64,000 nucleotides of DNA from assembly GCA_027923505.1 (NCBI GenBank), contig BROI01000027.1:1-64000 (forward strand), read 5' to 3'. The first letter of the stretch is position 1, and each line of letters begins with the position of its first letter. The position numbers and the translations under genes are program-made. The notes below the pieces were generated by a model that saw nothing but the letters and a program-made list of their open reading frames with translations, did no database searches and was not told the DNA's origin. This stretch comes from Mayamaea pseudoterrestris (lineage: Eukaryota). Positions 12,072 to 24,186 of this stretch are shown here, one piece after another.

Positions 12072-15000
12072 TGCCTGAGCTAGTGTCTCAAGGGATGTAC
12101 AGTAATGAGCACGTTTGGTGACAACTTGTCAGTTGAGCCTCGCATTTTGGAAAATACCATGGCAGGATTCAACGCCCAAAGGCCTTCGTATAACGCACCG
12201 GCAGGAAATCCGGAATGGTGCCAGCTACTATCATTGGCATCAGGCGAAACTTGCGCTTGACAAAATGGAGAAGTGCCTGGCTACCGTGTCTCAGGTTGGC
12301 AATGGTATGCTGGTCAACTTGTCCCTGTCTCCGGCTCCCGCAGCATGTACACATCTTTAACCCCTACATCAGGCCTTCTCCACCCAATTGACACCAGTCG
12401 GTGCCTCAGTCAGCTACGCTTCAATGATATGCCTGGCTCGTGTAGTGAGAAAATTGGGACAACTTGTCCTCGCCTGAGAACGGGAGTGCCGTGCACACGA
12501 ACGCCCCTACCCGGCCAAATGTATACACCCAGATGACACCAGAATGGTGCCAACATCATTAGTCAGGCGGCGCTGCAGGATGAGTATGTACGGTCTCAGG
12601 GACGGTAATGATTTTACAACTTGTCACCAGTCTCAGCCTAGATGCCTGACATTCAACGCCCAGCAGGCCATGTCGCAAATGACACCAGGTGCAACATCAT
12701 TATTCAGGCTGCGCAACAAGATGGTATGCCTGGCTAGTGTCTCAGGGGACGGTAGAATTGGTGACAACTTGTCACCAGTCTCAGCTCTGCAGATGCCGTG
12801 ACATTCAAACGCCCCTACAGCCAGGCCTGCTGCCCAAGTGGCTCGTACACTTGATTCGCCGTATACACCCAAATGTCCAGAATGGTGCCAACATCATTAT
12901 TCAGGCTGCGCTACAAGATGGTTTGCCTGACTGGTGTCTCAGGGGATGGCAATGATATTGGTGACAACTTGTCACCAGTCTCAGCCCCGCAGATGCCGTG
13001 CATTCAACGCACCTACAGCAAGCCTGTAGGTGCCCTAATTACACAAGAATGGTACCAACATCATTATTCATTCTGCGCTACAAGATGGTAGGCTTGGCTA
13101 TTGTCCTCAGGAGACGGCAATGATATTGGTGACAACCTTGTCACCAGTCTCAGCCTGCAGATGCCGTGACATTCAAACGCCCCTACAGCAGGCCATGTAA
13201 TACACCCAAATGACACCAGATTGGTGCCAACATTAATCATTATTCAGGCTGCGCTACAAGATGGTATGCCTGGCTAGTGTCTCAGGGGACAGCAATGATA
13301 TTGGTGACAACTTGTCACCAGTCTCAGCCTGCAGATGCCGTGACATTCAAACGCCCCTACAGCGGGCCTGTAGTGCCCAAATGACACCAGAATGGTGCCC
13401 AACATCATTATTCAGGCTGCGCTCAAGATGGTGTGCCTGGCTAGTGTCTCGGGGACGGCTATGATATTGGTGACAACTTGTCACCAGTCTCCAGCCTGCA
13501 GATGCCGGGACATTCAAACGCCCCTACAGCAGGCCATGTATACACCCAAATGACACCAGAATGGTGCCAACATCATTATTCAGGCTGCGCTACAAGATGG
13601 TATGCCTGGCTAGTGTCTCAGGGGACGGCAATGATATTGGTGACAACTTCTCACCAGTCTCAGCCTGCAGATGCCGTGACATTCAAACGCCCCTACAGCA
13701 GGCCATGTATACACCCAAATGACACCAGAATGGTGCCAACATCATTATTCAGGCTGCGCTACAAGATGGTATGCCTGGCTAGTGTCTCAGGGGACGGTAA
13801 TGATATTGGTGACAACTTGTCACCAGTCTCAGCCTGCAGTTGCAGTGACATTCAAATGCCCCTACAGCAGGCCATGTATACACCCAAATGACACCAGAAT
13901 GGTGCCAACATCATTATTCAGGCTGCGCTACAAGATGGTATGCCTGGCTAGTGTCTCAGGGGATGGCAATGATATTGGTGACAACTTGTCACCAGTCTCA
14001 GCCTGCAGATGCCGTGACATTCAAACGCCCCTACAGCAGGCCATGTATACACCCAAATGACACCAGAATGGTGCCAACATCATTATTCAGGCTGCGCAAC
14101 AAGATGGTAAACCTGGCTAGTGTCTCAGGGGACGGCAATGATATTGGTGACAACTTGTCACCAGTCTCAGCCTGCAGATGCCGTGACATTCAAACGCCCC
14201 CACAGCAGGCCATGTATACACCCAAATGACACCAGAATAGTGCCAACATCATTATTCAAGCTGCCCTACAAGATGGTATGCCCTGGCTAGTGTCTCAGGG
14301 GACAGCAATGATATTGGTGACAACTTGTCACCAGTCTCAGCCCGCAGATGCCGTGACATTCAAACGCCCCTACAGCAGGCCCTGTAGGTGCCCAAATTAC
14401 ACCAGAATGGTGCCAACATCATTATTCAGGCTGCGCTACAAGATGGTATGCCTGGCTAGTGTCTCAGGGGACGGCAATGATATTGGTGACAACTTGTCAC
14501 CAGTCTCAGCCTGCAGATGCCGTGACATTCAAATGCCCCTACAGCAGGCCATGTATACACCCAAATGACACCAGAATGGTGCCAACATCATTATTCAGGC
14601 TGCGCTACAAGATGGTATGCCTGGCTAGTGTCTCAGGGGATGGCAATGATATTGGTGACAACTTGTCACCAGTCTCAGCCTGCAGATGCCGTGACATTCA
14701 AATGCCCCTACAGCAGGCCATGTATACACCCAAATGACACCAGAATGGTGCCAACATCATTATTCAGGCTGCGCAACAAGATGGTATGCCTGGCTAGTGT
14801 CTCAGGGGACGGCAATGATATTGGTGACAACTTGTCACCAGTCTCAGCCTGCAGATGCCGTGACATTCAAACGCCCCTACAGCAGGCCATGTATACACCC
14901 AAATGACACCAGAATGGTGCCAACATCATTATTCAGGCTGCGCAACAAGATGGTATGCCTGGCTAGTGTCTCAGGGGACGGCAATGATATTGATGACAAC

Positions 15001-18000
15001 TTGTCACCAGTCTGAGCCTGCAGATGCCGTGACATTCAAACGCCCCTACAGCAGGCCCAAAACCCTCCACAATGGTGCCAACATCATTATTCAGGCTGCG
15101 CTACAAGATGGTATGCCTGGCTAGTGTCTCAGGGGACGGCAATGATATTGGTGACAACTTGTCACCAGTCTCAGCCTGCAGATGCCGTGACATTCAAACG
15201 CCCCTACAGCAGGCCCTGTAGGTGCCCAAAATACACCAGAATGGTGCCAACATCATTATTCAGGCTGCGCAACAAGATGGTATGCCTGGCTAGTGTCTCA
15301 GGGGACGGCAATGATATTGGTGACAACTTGTCACCAGTCTCAGCCTGCAGATGCCGCGACATTCAAACGCCCCTACAGCAGGCCATGTATACACCCAAAT
15401 GACACCAGAATGGTGCCAACATCATTATTCAGGCTGCGCAACAAGATGGTATGCCTGGCTAGTGTCTCAGGGGACGGTAATGATATTGGTGACAACTTGT
15501 CACCAGTCTCAGCCTGCAGATGCCGTGACATTCAAACGCCCCTACAGCAGGCCATGTATACACCCAAATGACACCAGAATGGTGCCAACATCATTATTCA
15601 GGCTGCGCTACAAGATGGTATGCCTGGCTAGTGTCTCAGGGGACGGCAATGATATTGGTGACAACTTGTCACCAGTCTCAGCCCGCAGATGCCGTGACAT
15701 TCAAATGCCCCTACAGCAGGCCATGTATACACCCAAATGACACCAGAATGGTGCCAACATCATTATTCAGGCTGCGCTACAAGATGGTATGCCTGGCTAG
15801 TGTCTCAGGGGACGGCAATGATATTGGTGACAACTTGTCACCAGTCTCAGCCTGCAGATGCCGTGACATTCAAACGCCCCTACAGCAGGCCAGGTATATA
15901 CCCAAATGTCACCAGAATATTGCCAATATCATTATTCAGGCTGCGCTACAAGATGGTATGCCTGGCTAGTGTCTCAGGGGACGGCAATGATATTGGTGAC
16001 AACTTGTCACCAGTCTCAGCCTGCAGATGCCGTGACATTCAAACGCCCCTACAGCAGGCCCTGTATACACCCAAATGACACCAGAATGGTGCCAACATCA
16101 TTATTCAGGCTGCGCTACAAGATGGTATGCCTGGCTAGTGTCTCAGGGGACGGTAATGATATTGGTGACAACTTGTCACCAGTCTCAGCCTGCAGATGCC
16201 GTGACATTCAAATGCCCCTACAGCAGGCCATGTATACACCCAAATGACACCAGAATATGCCAAACTCATTATTCAGGCTGCGCTACAAGATGGTATGCCT
16301 GGCTAGTGTCTCAGGGGATGGCAATGATATTGGTGACAACTTGTCACCAGTCTCAGCCCGCAGATGCCGTGACATTCAAACGCCCCTACAGCAGGCCATG
16401 TATACACCCAAATGACACCAGAATGGTGCCAACATCATTATTCAGGCTGCGCAACAAGATGGTAAACCTGGCTAGTGTCTCAGGGGATGGCAATGATATT
16501 GGTGACAACTTGTCACCAGTCTCAGCCTGCAGATGCCGTGACATTCAAACGCCCCTACAGCAGGCCATGTATACACCCAAATGTCACCAGAATATTGCCA
16601 ATATCATTATTCAAGCTGCCCTACAAGATGGTATGCCCTGGCTAGTGTCTCAGGGGACAGCAATGATATTGGTGACAACTTGTCACCAGTCTCAGCCCGC
16701 AGATGCCGTGACATTCAAACGCCCCTACAGCAAGCCCTGTAGGGCCTCAAATGACACCAGAATGGTGCCAACATCATTATTCAGGCTGCGCTACAAGATG
16801 GTATGCCTGGCTAGTGTCTCAGGGGACGGCAATGATATTGGTGACAACTTGTCACCAGTCTCAGCCTGCAGATGCCGTGACATTCAAACGCCCCTACAGC
16901 AGGCCATGTATACACCCAAATGACACCAGAATGGTGCCAACATCATTATTCAGGCTGTGCTACAAGATGGTATGCCTGGCTAGTGTCTCAGGGGACGGCA
17001 ATGATATTGGTGACAACTTGTCACCAGTCTCAGCCTGCAGATGCCGTGACATTCAAACGCCCCTACAGCAGGCCATGTATACACCCAATTGACACTGGAA
17101 TGGTGCCAACATCATTATTCAGGCTGCGCAACAAGATGGTATGCCTGGCTAGTGTCTCAGGGGACGGCAATGATATTGGTGACAACTTGTCACCAGTCTC
17201 AGCCTGCAGATGCCGCGACATTCAAACGCCCCTACAGCAGGCCATGTATACACCCAAATGACACCAGAATGGTGCCAACATCATTATTCAGGCTGCGCTA
17301 CAAGATGGTATGCCTGGCTAGTGTCTCAGGGGACAGCAATGATATTGGTGACAACTTGTCACCAGTCTCAGCCCGCAGATGCCGTGACATTCAAACGCCC
17401 CTACAGCAGGCCCTGTAGGTGCCCAAAATACACCAGAATGGTGCCAACATCATTATTCAGGCTGCGCTACAAGATGGTATGCCTGGCTAGTGTCTCAGGG
17501 GACGGCAATGATATTGGTGACAACTTGTCACCAGTCTCAGCCTGCAGATGCCGTGACATTCAAATGCCCCTACAGCAGGCCATGTATACACCCAAATGAC
17601 ACCAGAATGGTGCCAACATCATTATTCAGGCTGCGCTACAAGATGGTATGCCTGGCTAGTGTCTCAGGGGACGGCAATGATATTGGTGACAACTTGTCAC
17701 CAGTCTCAGCCTGCAGATGCCGTGACATTCAAACGCCCTTACAGCAGGCCATGTATACACCCAAATGACACCAGAATGGTGCCAACATCATTATTCAGGC
17801 TGCGCAACAAGATGGTATGCCTGGCTAGTGTCTCAGGGGACGGCAATGATATTGGTGACAACTTGTCACCAGTCTCAGCCTGCAGATGCCGTGACATTCA
17901 AATGCCCCTACAGCAGGCCATGAATATACCCAAATGACACCAGAATGGTGCCAACATCATTATTCAGGCTGCGCTACAAGATGGTATGCCTGGCTAGTGT

Positions 18001-21000
18001 CTCAGGGGACGGCAATGATATTGGTGACAACTTGTCACCAGTCTCAGCCTGCAGATGCCGTGACATTCAAACGCCCCTACAGCAGGCCATGTATACACCC
18101 AAATGACACCAGAATGGTGCCAACATCATTATTCAGGCTGCGCTACAAGATGGTATGCCTGGCTAGTGTCTCAGGGGACGGCAATGATATTGGTGACAAC
18201 TTGTCACCAGTCTCAGCCTGCAGATGCCGTGACATTCAAACGCCCCTACAGCAGGCCATGTATACACCCAAATGACACCAGAATGGTGCCAACATCATTA
18301 TTCAGGCTGCGCTACAAGATGGTATGCCTGGCTAGTGTCTCAGGGGACGGCAATGATATTGGTGACAACTTGTCACCAGTCTCAGCCTGCAGATGCCGTG
18401 ACATTCAAACGCCCCTACAGCAGGCCATGTAGTACCCAAAATGACACCAGAATGGTGCCAACATCATTATTCAGGCTGCGCTACAAGATGGTATGCCTGG
18501 CTAGTGTCTCAGGGGACGGCAATGATATTGGTGACAACTTGTCACCAGTCTCAGCCTGCAGATGCCGTGACATTCAAACGCCCCTACAGCAGGCCATGTA
18601 TACACCCAAATGACACCAGAATGGTGCCAACATCATTATCCAGGCTGCGCTACAAGATGGTATGCCTGGCTAGTGTCTCAGGGGATGGCAATGATATTGG
18701 TGACAACTTGTCACCAGTCTCAGCCTGCAGATGCCGTGACATTCAAACGCCCCTACAGCAGGCCATGTATATACCCAAATGTCACCAGAATATTGCCAAC
18801 ATCATTATTCAGGCTGCGCTACAAGATGGTATGCCTGGCTAGTGTCTCAGGGGACGGCAATGATATTGGTGACAACTTGTCACCAGTCTCAGCCCGCAGA
18901 TGCCGTGACATTCAAACGCCCCTACAGCAGGCCATGTATATACCCAAATGACACCAGAATGGTGCCAACATCATTATTCAGGCTGCGCTACAAGATGGTA
19001 TGCCTGGCTAGTGTCTCAGGGGACGGCAATGATATTGGTGACAACTTGTCACCAGTCTCAGCCTGCAGATGCCGTGACATTCAAACGCCCCTACAGCAGG
19101 CCATGTATATACCCAAATGTCACCAGAAAATTGCCAACATCATTATTCAGGCTGCGCTACAAGATGGTATGCCTGGCTAGTGTCTCAGGGGACGGCAATG
19201 ATATTGGTGACAACTTGTCACCAGTCTCAGCCTGCAGATGCCGTGACATTCAAACGCCCCTACAGCAAGCCCTGTAGGTGCCCAAAATACACCAGAATGG
19301 TGCCAACATCATTATTCAGGCTGCGCTACAAGATGGTATGCCTGGCTAGTGTCTCAGGGGACGGTAATGATATTGGTGACAACTTGTCACCAGTCTCAGC
19401 CTGCAGATGCCGTGACATTCAAACGCCCCTACAGCAGGCCATGTATACACCCAAATGACACCAGAATGGTGCCAACATATTTATCCAGGCTGCGCTACAA
19501 GATGGTATGCCTGGCTAGTGTCTCAGGGGACGGCAATGATATTGGTGACAACTTGTCACCAGTCTCAGCCTGCAGATGCCGTGGCATTCAAACGCCCCTA
19601 CAGCAGGCCATGTATATACCCAAATGTCACCAGAATATTGCCAACATCTTTATTCAAGCTGCGCTACAAGATGGTATGCCTGGCTAGTGTCTCAGGGGAC
19701 AGCAATGATATTGGTGACAACTTGTCACCAGTCTCAGCCCGCAGATGCCGTGACATTCAAACGCCCCTACAGCAGGCCATGTATACACCCAAATGACACC
19801 AGAATGGTGCCAACATATTTATCCAGGCTGCGCTACACGATGGTATACCTGGCTAGTGTCTCAGGGGATGGCAATGATATTGGTGACAACTTGTCACCAG
19901 TCTCAGCCTGCAGATGCCGTGGCATTCAAACGCCCCTACAGCAGGCCATGTATATACCCAAATGTCACCAGAATATTGCCAACATCATTATTCAGGCTGC
20001 GCTACAAGATGGTATGCCTGGCTAGTGTCTCAGGGGACAGCAATGATATTGGTGACAACTTGTCACCAGTCTCAGCCCGCAGATGCCGTGACATTCAAAC
20101 GCCCCTACAGTAAGCCCTGTAGGTGCCCAAAATACACCAGAATGGTGCCAACATCATTATTCAGGCTGCGCTACAAGATGGTATGCCTGGCTAGTGTCTC
20201 AGGGGACGGCAATGATATTGGTGACAACTTGTCACCAGTCTCAGCCTGCAGATGCCGTGACATTCAAATGCCCCTACAGCAGGCCATGTATACACCCAAA
20301 TGACACCAGAATGGTGCCAACATCATTATTCAGGCTGTGCTACAAGATGGTATGCCTGGCTAGTGTCTCAGGGGATGGCAATGATATTGGTGACAACTTG
20401 TCACCAGTCTCAGCCCGCAGATGCCGTGACATTCAAACGCCCCTACAGCAGGCCATGTATACACCCAAATGACACCAGAATGGTGCCAACATCATTATTC
20501 AGGCTGCGCTACAAGATGGTATGCCTGGCTAGTGTCTCAGGGGACGGCAATGATATTGGTGACAACTTGTCACCAGTCTCAGCCTGCAGATGCCGTGACA
20601 TTCAAACGCCCCTACAGCAGGCCATGTATACACCCAAATGACACCAGAATGGTGCCAACATCATTATTCAGGCTGCGCAACAAGATGGTATGCCTGGCTA
20701 GTGTCTCAGGGGACGGCAATGATATTGGTGACAACTTGTCACCAGTCTCAGCCTGCAGATGCCGTGACATTCAAACGCCCCTACAGCAGGCCATGTATAC
20801 ACCCAAATGACACCAGAATGGTGCCAACATCATCATTCAGGCTGTGCTACAAGTGGGTATGCCTGGCTAGTGTCTCAGGGGACGGCAATGATATTGGTGA
20901 CAACTTGTCACCAGTCTCAGCCTGTAGATGCCGTGACATTCAAACGCCCCTACAGCAGGCTATGTATACCCCCAATTGACACTGGAATGGTGGCAACATC

Positions 21001-21596
21001 ATTATGCAGGCTGCACTACAAGATGGTATGCCTGGCTAGTGTCTCAGGGGACAGCAATGATATTGGTGACAACTTGTCACCAGTCTCAGCGCGCGTATGC
21101 CGTGACATTCAAACACCCCTACAGCAGGCCATGTATACACCCAAATGACACCAGAATGGTGCCAACATCATTATTCAGGCTGCGCTACAAGATGGTATGC
21201 CTGGCTAGTGTCTCAGGGGATGGCAATGTATTTGGTGACAACTTGTCACCAGTCTCAGCCCGCAGATGCCGTGACATTCAAACGCCCCTACAGCAGGCCA
21301 TGTATACACCCAAATGACACCAGAATGGTGCCAACATCATTATTCAGGCTGCGCAACAAGATGGTATGCCTGGCTAGTGTCTCAGGGGACGGCAATGATA
21401 TTGGTGACAACTTGTCACCAGTCTCAGCCTGCAGATGCCGTGACATTCAAACGCCCCTACAGCAGGCCATGTATACACCCTAATGACACCAGAATGGTGC
21501 CAACACATTATTCAGGCTGCGCAACAAGATGGTATGCCTGGCTAGTGTCTCAGGGGACGGCAATGATATTGGTGACAACTTGTCACCAGTCTCAGC
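12072..21596. repeat. 169-bp tandem satellite array, right block (~56 monomers; first ~1.4 kb heavily degenerate)
   Basis: Same monomer and orientation as the left block. It is recognisable from GTGCCTGAGCTAGTGTCTCA at ~12071, clean from ~13500, and ends mid-monomer at ...CAGTCTCAGC, 21596. Confidence 0.98.
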
Positions 21597-21997
21597 TGTC
21601 ACAATGACGATCTAGTCCAGTCGCTTGACGCGAACCTAGACGTCGCCGGGGGCGCACGAGCATAGTACTCGAACCTCCGTTGCGGTACCAGAAAAGACAT
21701 CTACTCACAACTACGTCATTGAAATATTGCATGTGTGCCAGCCGCAGGCACGATTAAACAAGATTAGTATTCACTATCGTGAATGGTCTTGAAAGAGCCA
21801 TCTGATCAATCGCTCTTTCTCGACCGATCGTAAATCAACTCACTTTCTAGAGAACTGCTTAATCAACTAGCGTTTTGTAGGATAAGACCCCTGTAGGATA
21901 AACCAAGGTAAAGGACTGATCATCCCGCTCACTTGGAAACCGACTACAGAGGGTGAGGAATCGTTGCAGCCGTACGAACTGGAACTGCATCGTGTCA
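21597..21997 (+). repeat. Family A copia 5' LTR (401 bp)
   Basis: TGTCACAATG...CATCGTGTCA with imperfect terminal inverted repeat. Near-identical to 30428-30828 (about 3 substitutions by eye). Confidence 0.95.
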
Positions 21998-22012
21998 GAT
22001 CACACAGTCTTG
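21998..22012 (+). promoter_or_regulatory. Putative primer-binding site, family A (non-canonical)
   Basis: GATCACACAGTCTTG lies directly after the LTR and recurs at 23938. It resembles the family B PBS and lacks the canonical TGG start. Confidence 0.6.
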
Positions 22013-22246
22013 GTCTTTACAATCAACTCTCTCGGGCGCTGGTGACGACCACTCCCGTCGTTTCGTTGCACACTACATTGGCAGCGGACATCCCTCGTTC
22101 ATTTCCTGTCCGAGGCTTCAATCTACACTAGTCCGGCAGACGGAGGGATTGAAGACCGAGTCGAATTGCAAGCATCGCTCGGATAGAATCGACTTCCTCG
22201 ATTATTCTCGTGGTATATATTCATCCCGTACCAATCAATCAACAAC

Positions 22247-23736
22247 ATGACCGTCGTCGAAGATGATCCTCCCGACGGACCCAATGTCACGCAAGATGAC
22301 GCGGAAGACAACTCGCTCGCCGTCGGATTGAAAAGCATGTACAAGCAGAAGACCGTCAACAACGACAAGTTCATGAAGCTTCCAGTCATCGTCGCCATCA
22401 AGTCACTCCTCCCGGACGGACGTCTACTCACGGAGCCATTCCTAATGCTGACCATCAAGGACATCGAGTTGGTACTGAAGGAATCCAAAACGCACATCAC
22501 GGTTATTCGAACCATTACCCGCCTTCGTCAATGGGCATCGGAAGAGCGCGAACTCAAGGAATGGGCGACGCTCACATTCGCAGGACTCATCAAAGCAACC
22601 GAATCGCCCGAAGAGTCTCTATTCCAAAGCGACATGAGTCGGATTCAACGAGTCAGCTCGACGGACGTTCCCGAGAAGTCCGAGGCCGAGAAGTACAAAT
22701 CTCGCGTCCGAGTCGACACCAAAGCATACACCGAGTTCAAAGGCAGTACAAATTCCATCAATGGTGGCTCAAGACGTTCGCAGCGGCCAAGAACCAAGGC
22801 ATCGAGCGAAGTCTTCGATCCGAGTTTCAACCCGACAACGCTTTCGCCCGAAGATCTCGAGGTATTCAAAGCGCAAGAAGCCACAGCATTCGACATCATC
22901 ACTTCATACTGCAAAGTCGCCAACTGCATCCCGATCATTCGTCGCCACAAGGACGGGTCGGCCCACGAGTGTTTCAAGGAAATGCACACGATGTACTTGA
23001 CGGGCAAGAACGCCGAGCGCGCAGCGCAGCGAGCCGAGTCAAGAGTTCGCGACATGAAACTGACGAACGACCACGGCAGTACGTACACTGCGTGGTTCAC
23101 TCAATGGGAGAATGCCTTGCTCGATTACGAAGATTATACGCGAAACAGTCCCACGACGGACGCCGCAAGAAGTGGTTGTCCGAATCGGTTCGCTGGAATG
23201 ACGCTTTTTGCCAAGAAATCAGTTCGGCGAGTGCGTATCCTCAACGCGCAAGGTCAAAGATCAAAGCTTCGAAGACTGGTACAAGCAGCTCATCGAGTTC
23301 GCTCGCGATACAGACGACGTCAAGATCGAGCACGGCCAAATGAAGATCCACCAATCCATCCAACAAGCGAGTACTCCACCGACCGGAGGCACTACACCGA
23401 CTAGCGGCAACACTCCAAGCAGCAGCCAAGGCGGAAACGGTCGGGAAATGGCAGCGGACGCGGAACCGGTTCCGTGGTTCTGGGCGGTGGACGCGGTGGC
23501 CGAGGTAACTTCGGACGAGGTGGTGGACGCGGACAGTGCACCAATCCTTCTGCAGCATCGAACTGTCGAGTCGAGCCGGATGTATGGTTCTCTTGGACGG
23601 AGGAGCACACCAAGCTCATAAGGCAGAAACTTCGCCGAATCCGAGAAGCCGAACGTGCGCGCCTGCAGCTGAACGCCAAGCCAGCCAGCACGAACAACAC
23701 TAATACACCACCAACTCCACAAATTCAGCTTCCACC
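22247..23736 (+). pseudogene. gag: Family A gag, copy 1 (frameshifted, truncated after the RGG region)
   Basis: MTVVEDDPPDGP..., homologous to 24187-25690. Several small indels; RGG-rich segment at ~23430-23535. Confidence 0.85.
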
Positions 23737-23937
23737 AGCCATCTGATCAGTAAACCATCTCGACCAGTTATTAAAATCGCTCACTTTCTAGAGAACTGCT
23801 TAATCAACTAGCGTTTTGTAGGATAAGACCCTGTAGGATAAACCAAGGTAAAGGACTGATCATCGCTCGCTCTTGGAAACCGACTACAGAGGGTGAGGAA
23901 TCGTTGCAGCCATACGAACTGGAACTACATCATGTCA
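23737..23937 (+). repeat. Partial family A LTR (3' half) heading a second copy
   Basis: AGCCATCTGATCA...CATCATGTCA matches the 3' half of 21597-21997 and is followed by the same PBS and leader. The first ~45 nt are noisy. Confidence 0.85.
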
Positions 23938-24186
23938 GATCACACAGTCTTGGTCTTTACAAACAACCCTCTCGGGCGCTGGTCGACCGACCACTCCCGT
24001 CGTTCGTTGCACACTACATTGGCAGCGGACATCCCTGGTTCATTTTCTGTCCGAGGCTTCAATCTACAGTAGTCCGGCAGACGGAGGGATTGAAGACCGA
24101 GTTGAGTTGCAAGCATCGCTCGGATAGAATTGATTCCTTGATTATTCTTGCGGTATATATTTAACCCGTACCATTCAACCAACAAC

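Noticed and set aside
1..21596. CRISPR array (regular period with a palindrome)
   Set aside because: There are no unique spacers; the whole 169 bp repeats. No cas genes are present and the context is eukaryotic.
1..21596. Hammerhead-ribozyme satellite, or 5S/tRNA/snRNA tandem array
   Set aside because: No CUGANGA...GAAA core is present on either strand (only CTGGTGA without GAAA), and I see no recognisable 5S, tRNA or snRNA sequence. A covariance-model search would be needed to exclude other RNAs.
90..21607. Many 90-280 aa ORFs in the satellite
   Set aside because: They are by-products of a 169-bp unit (not a multiple of 3) cycling through frames; not genes.
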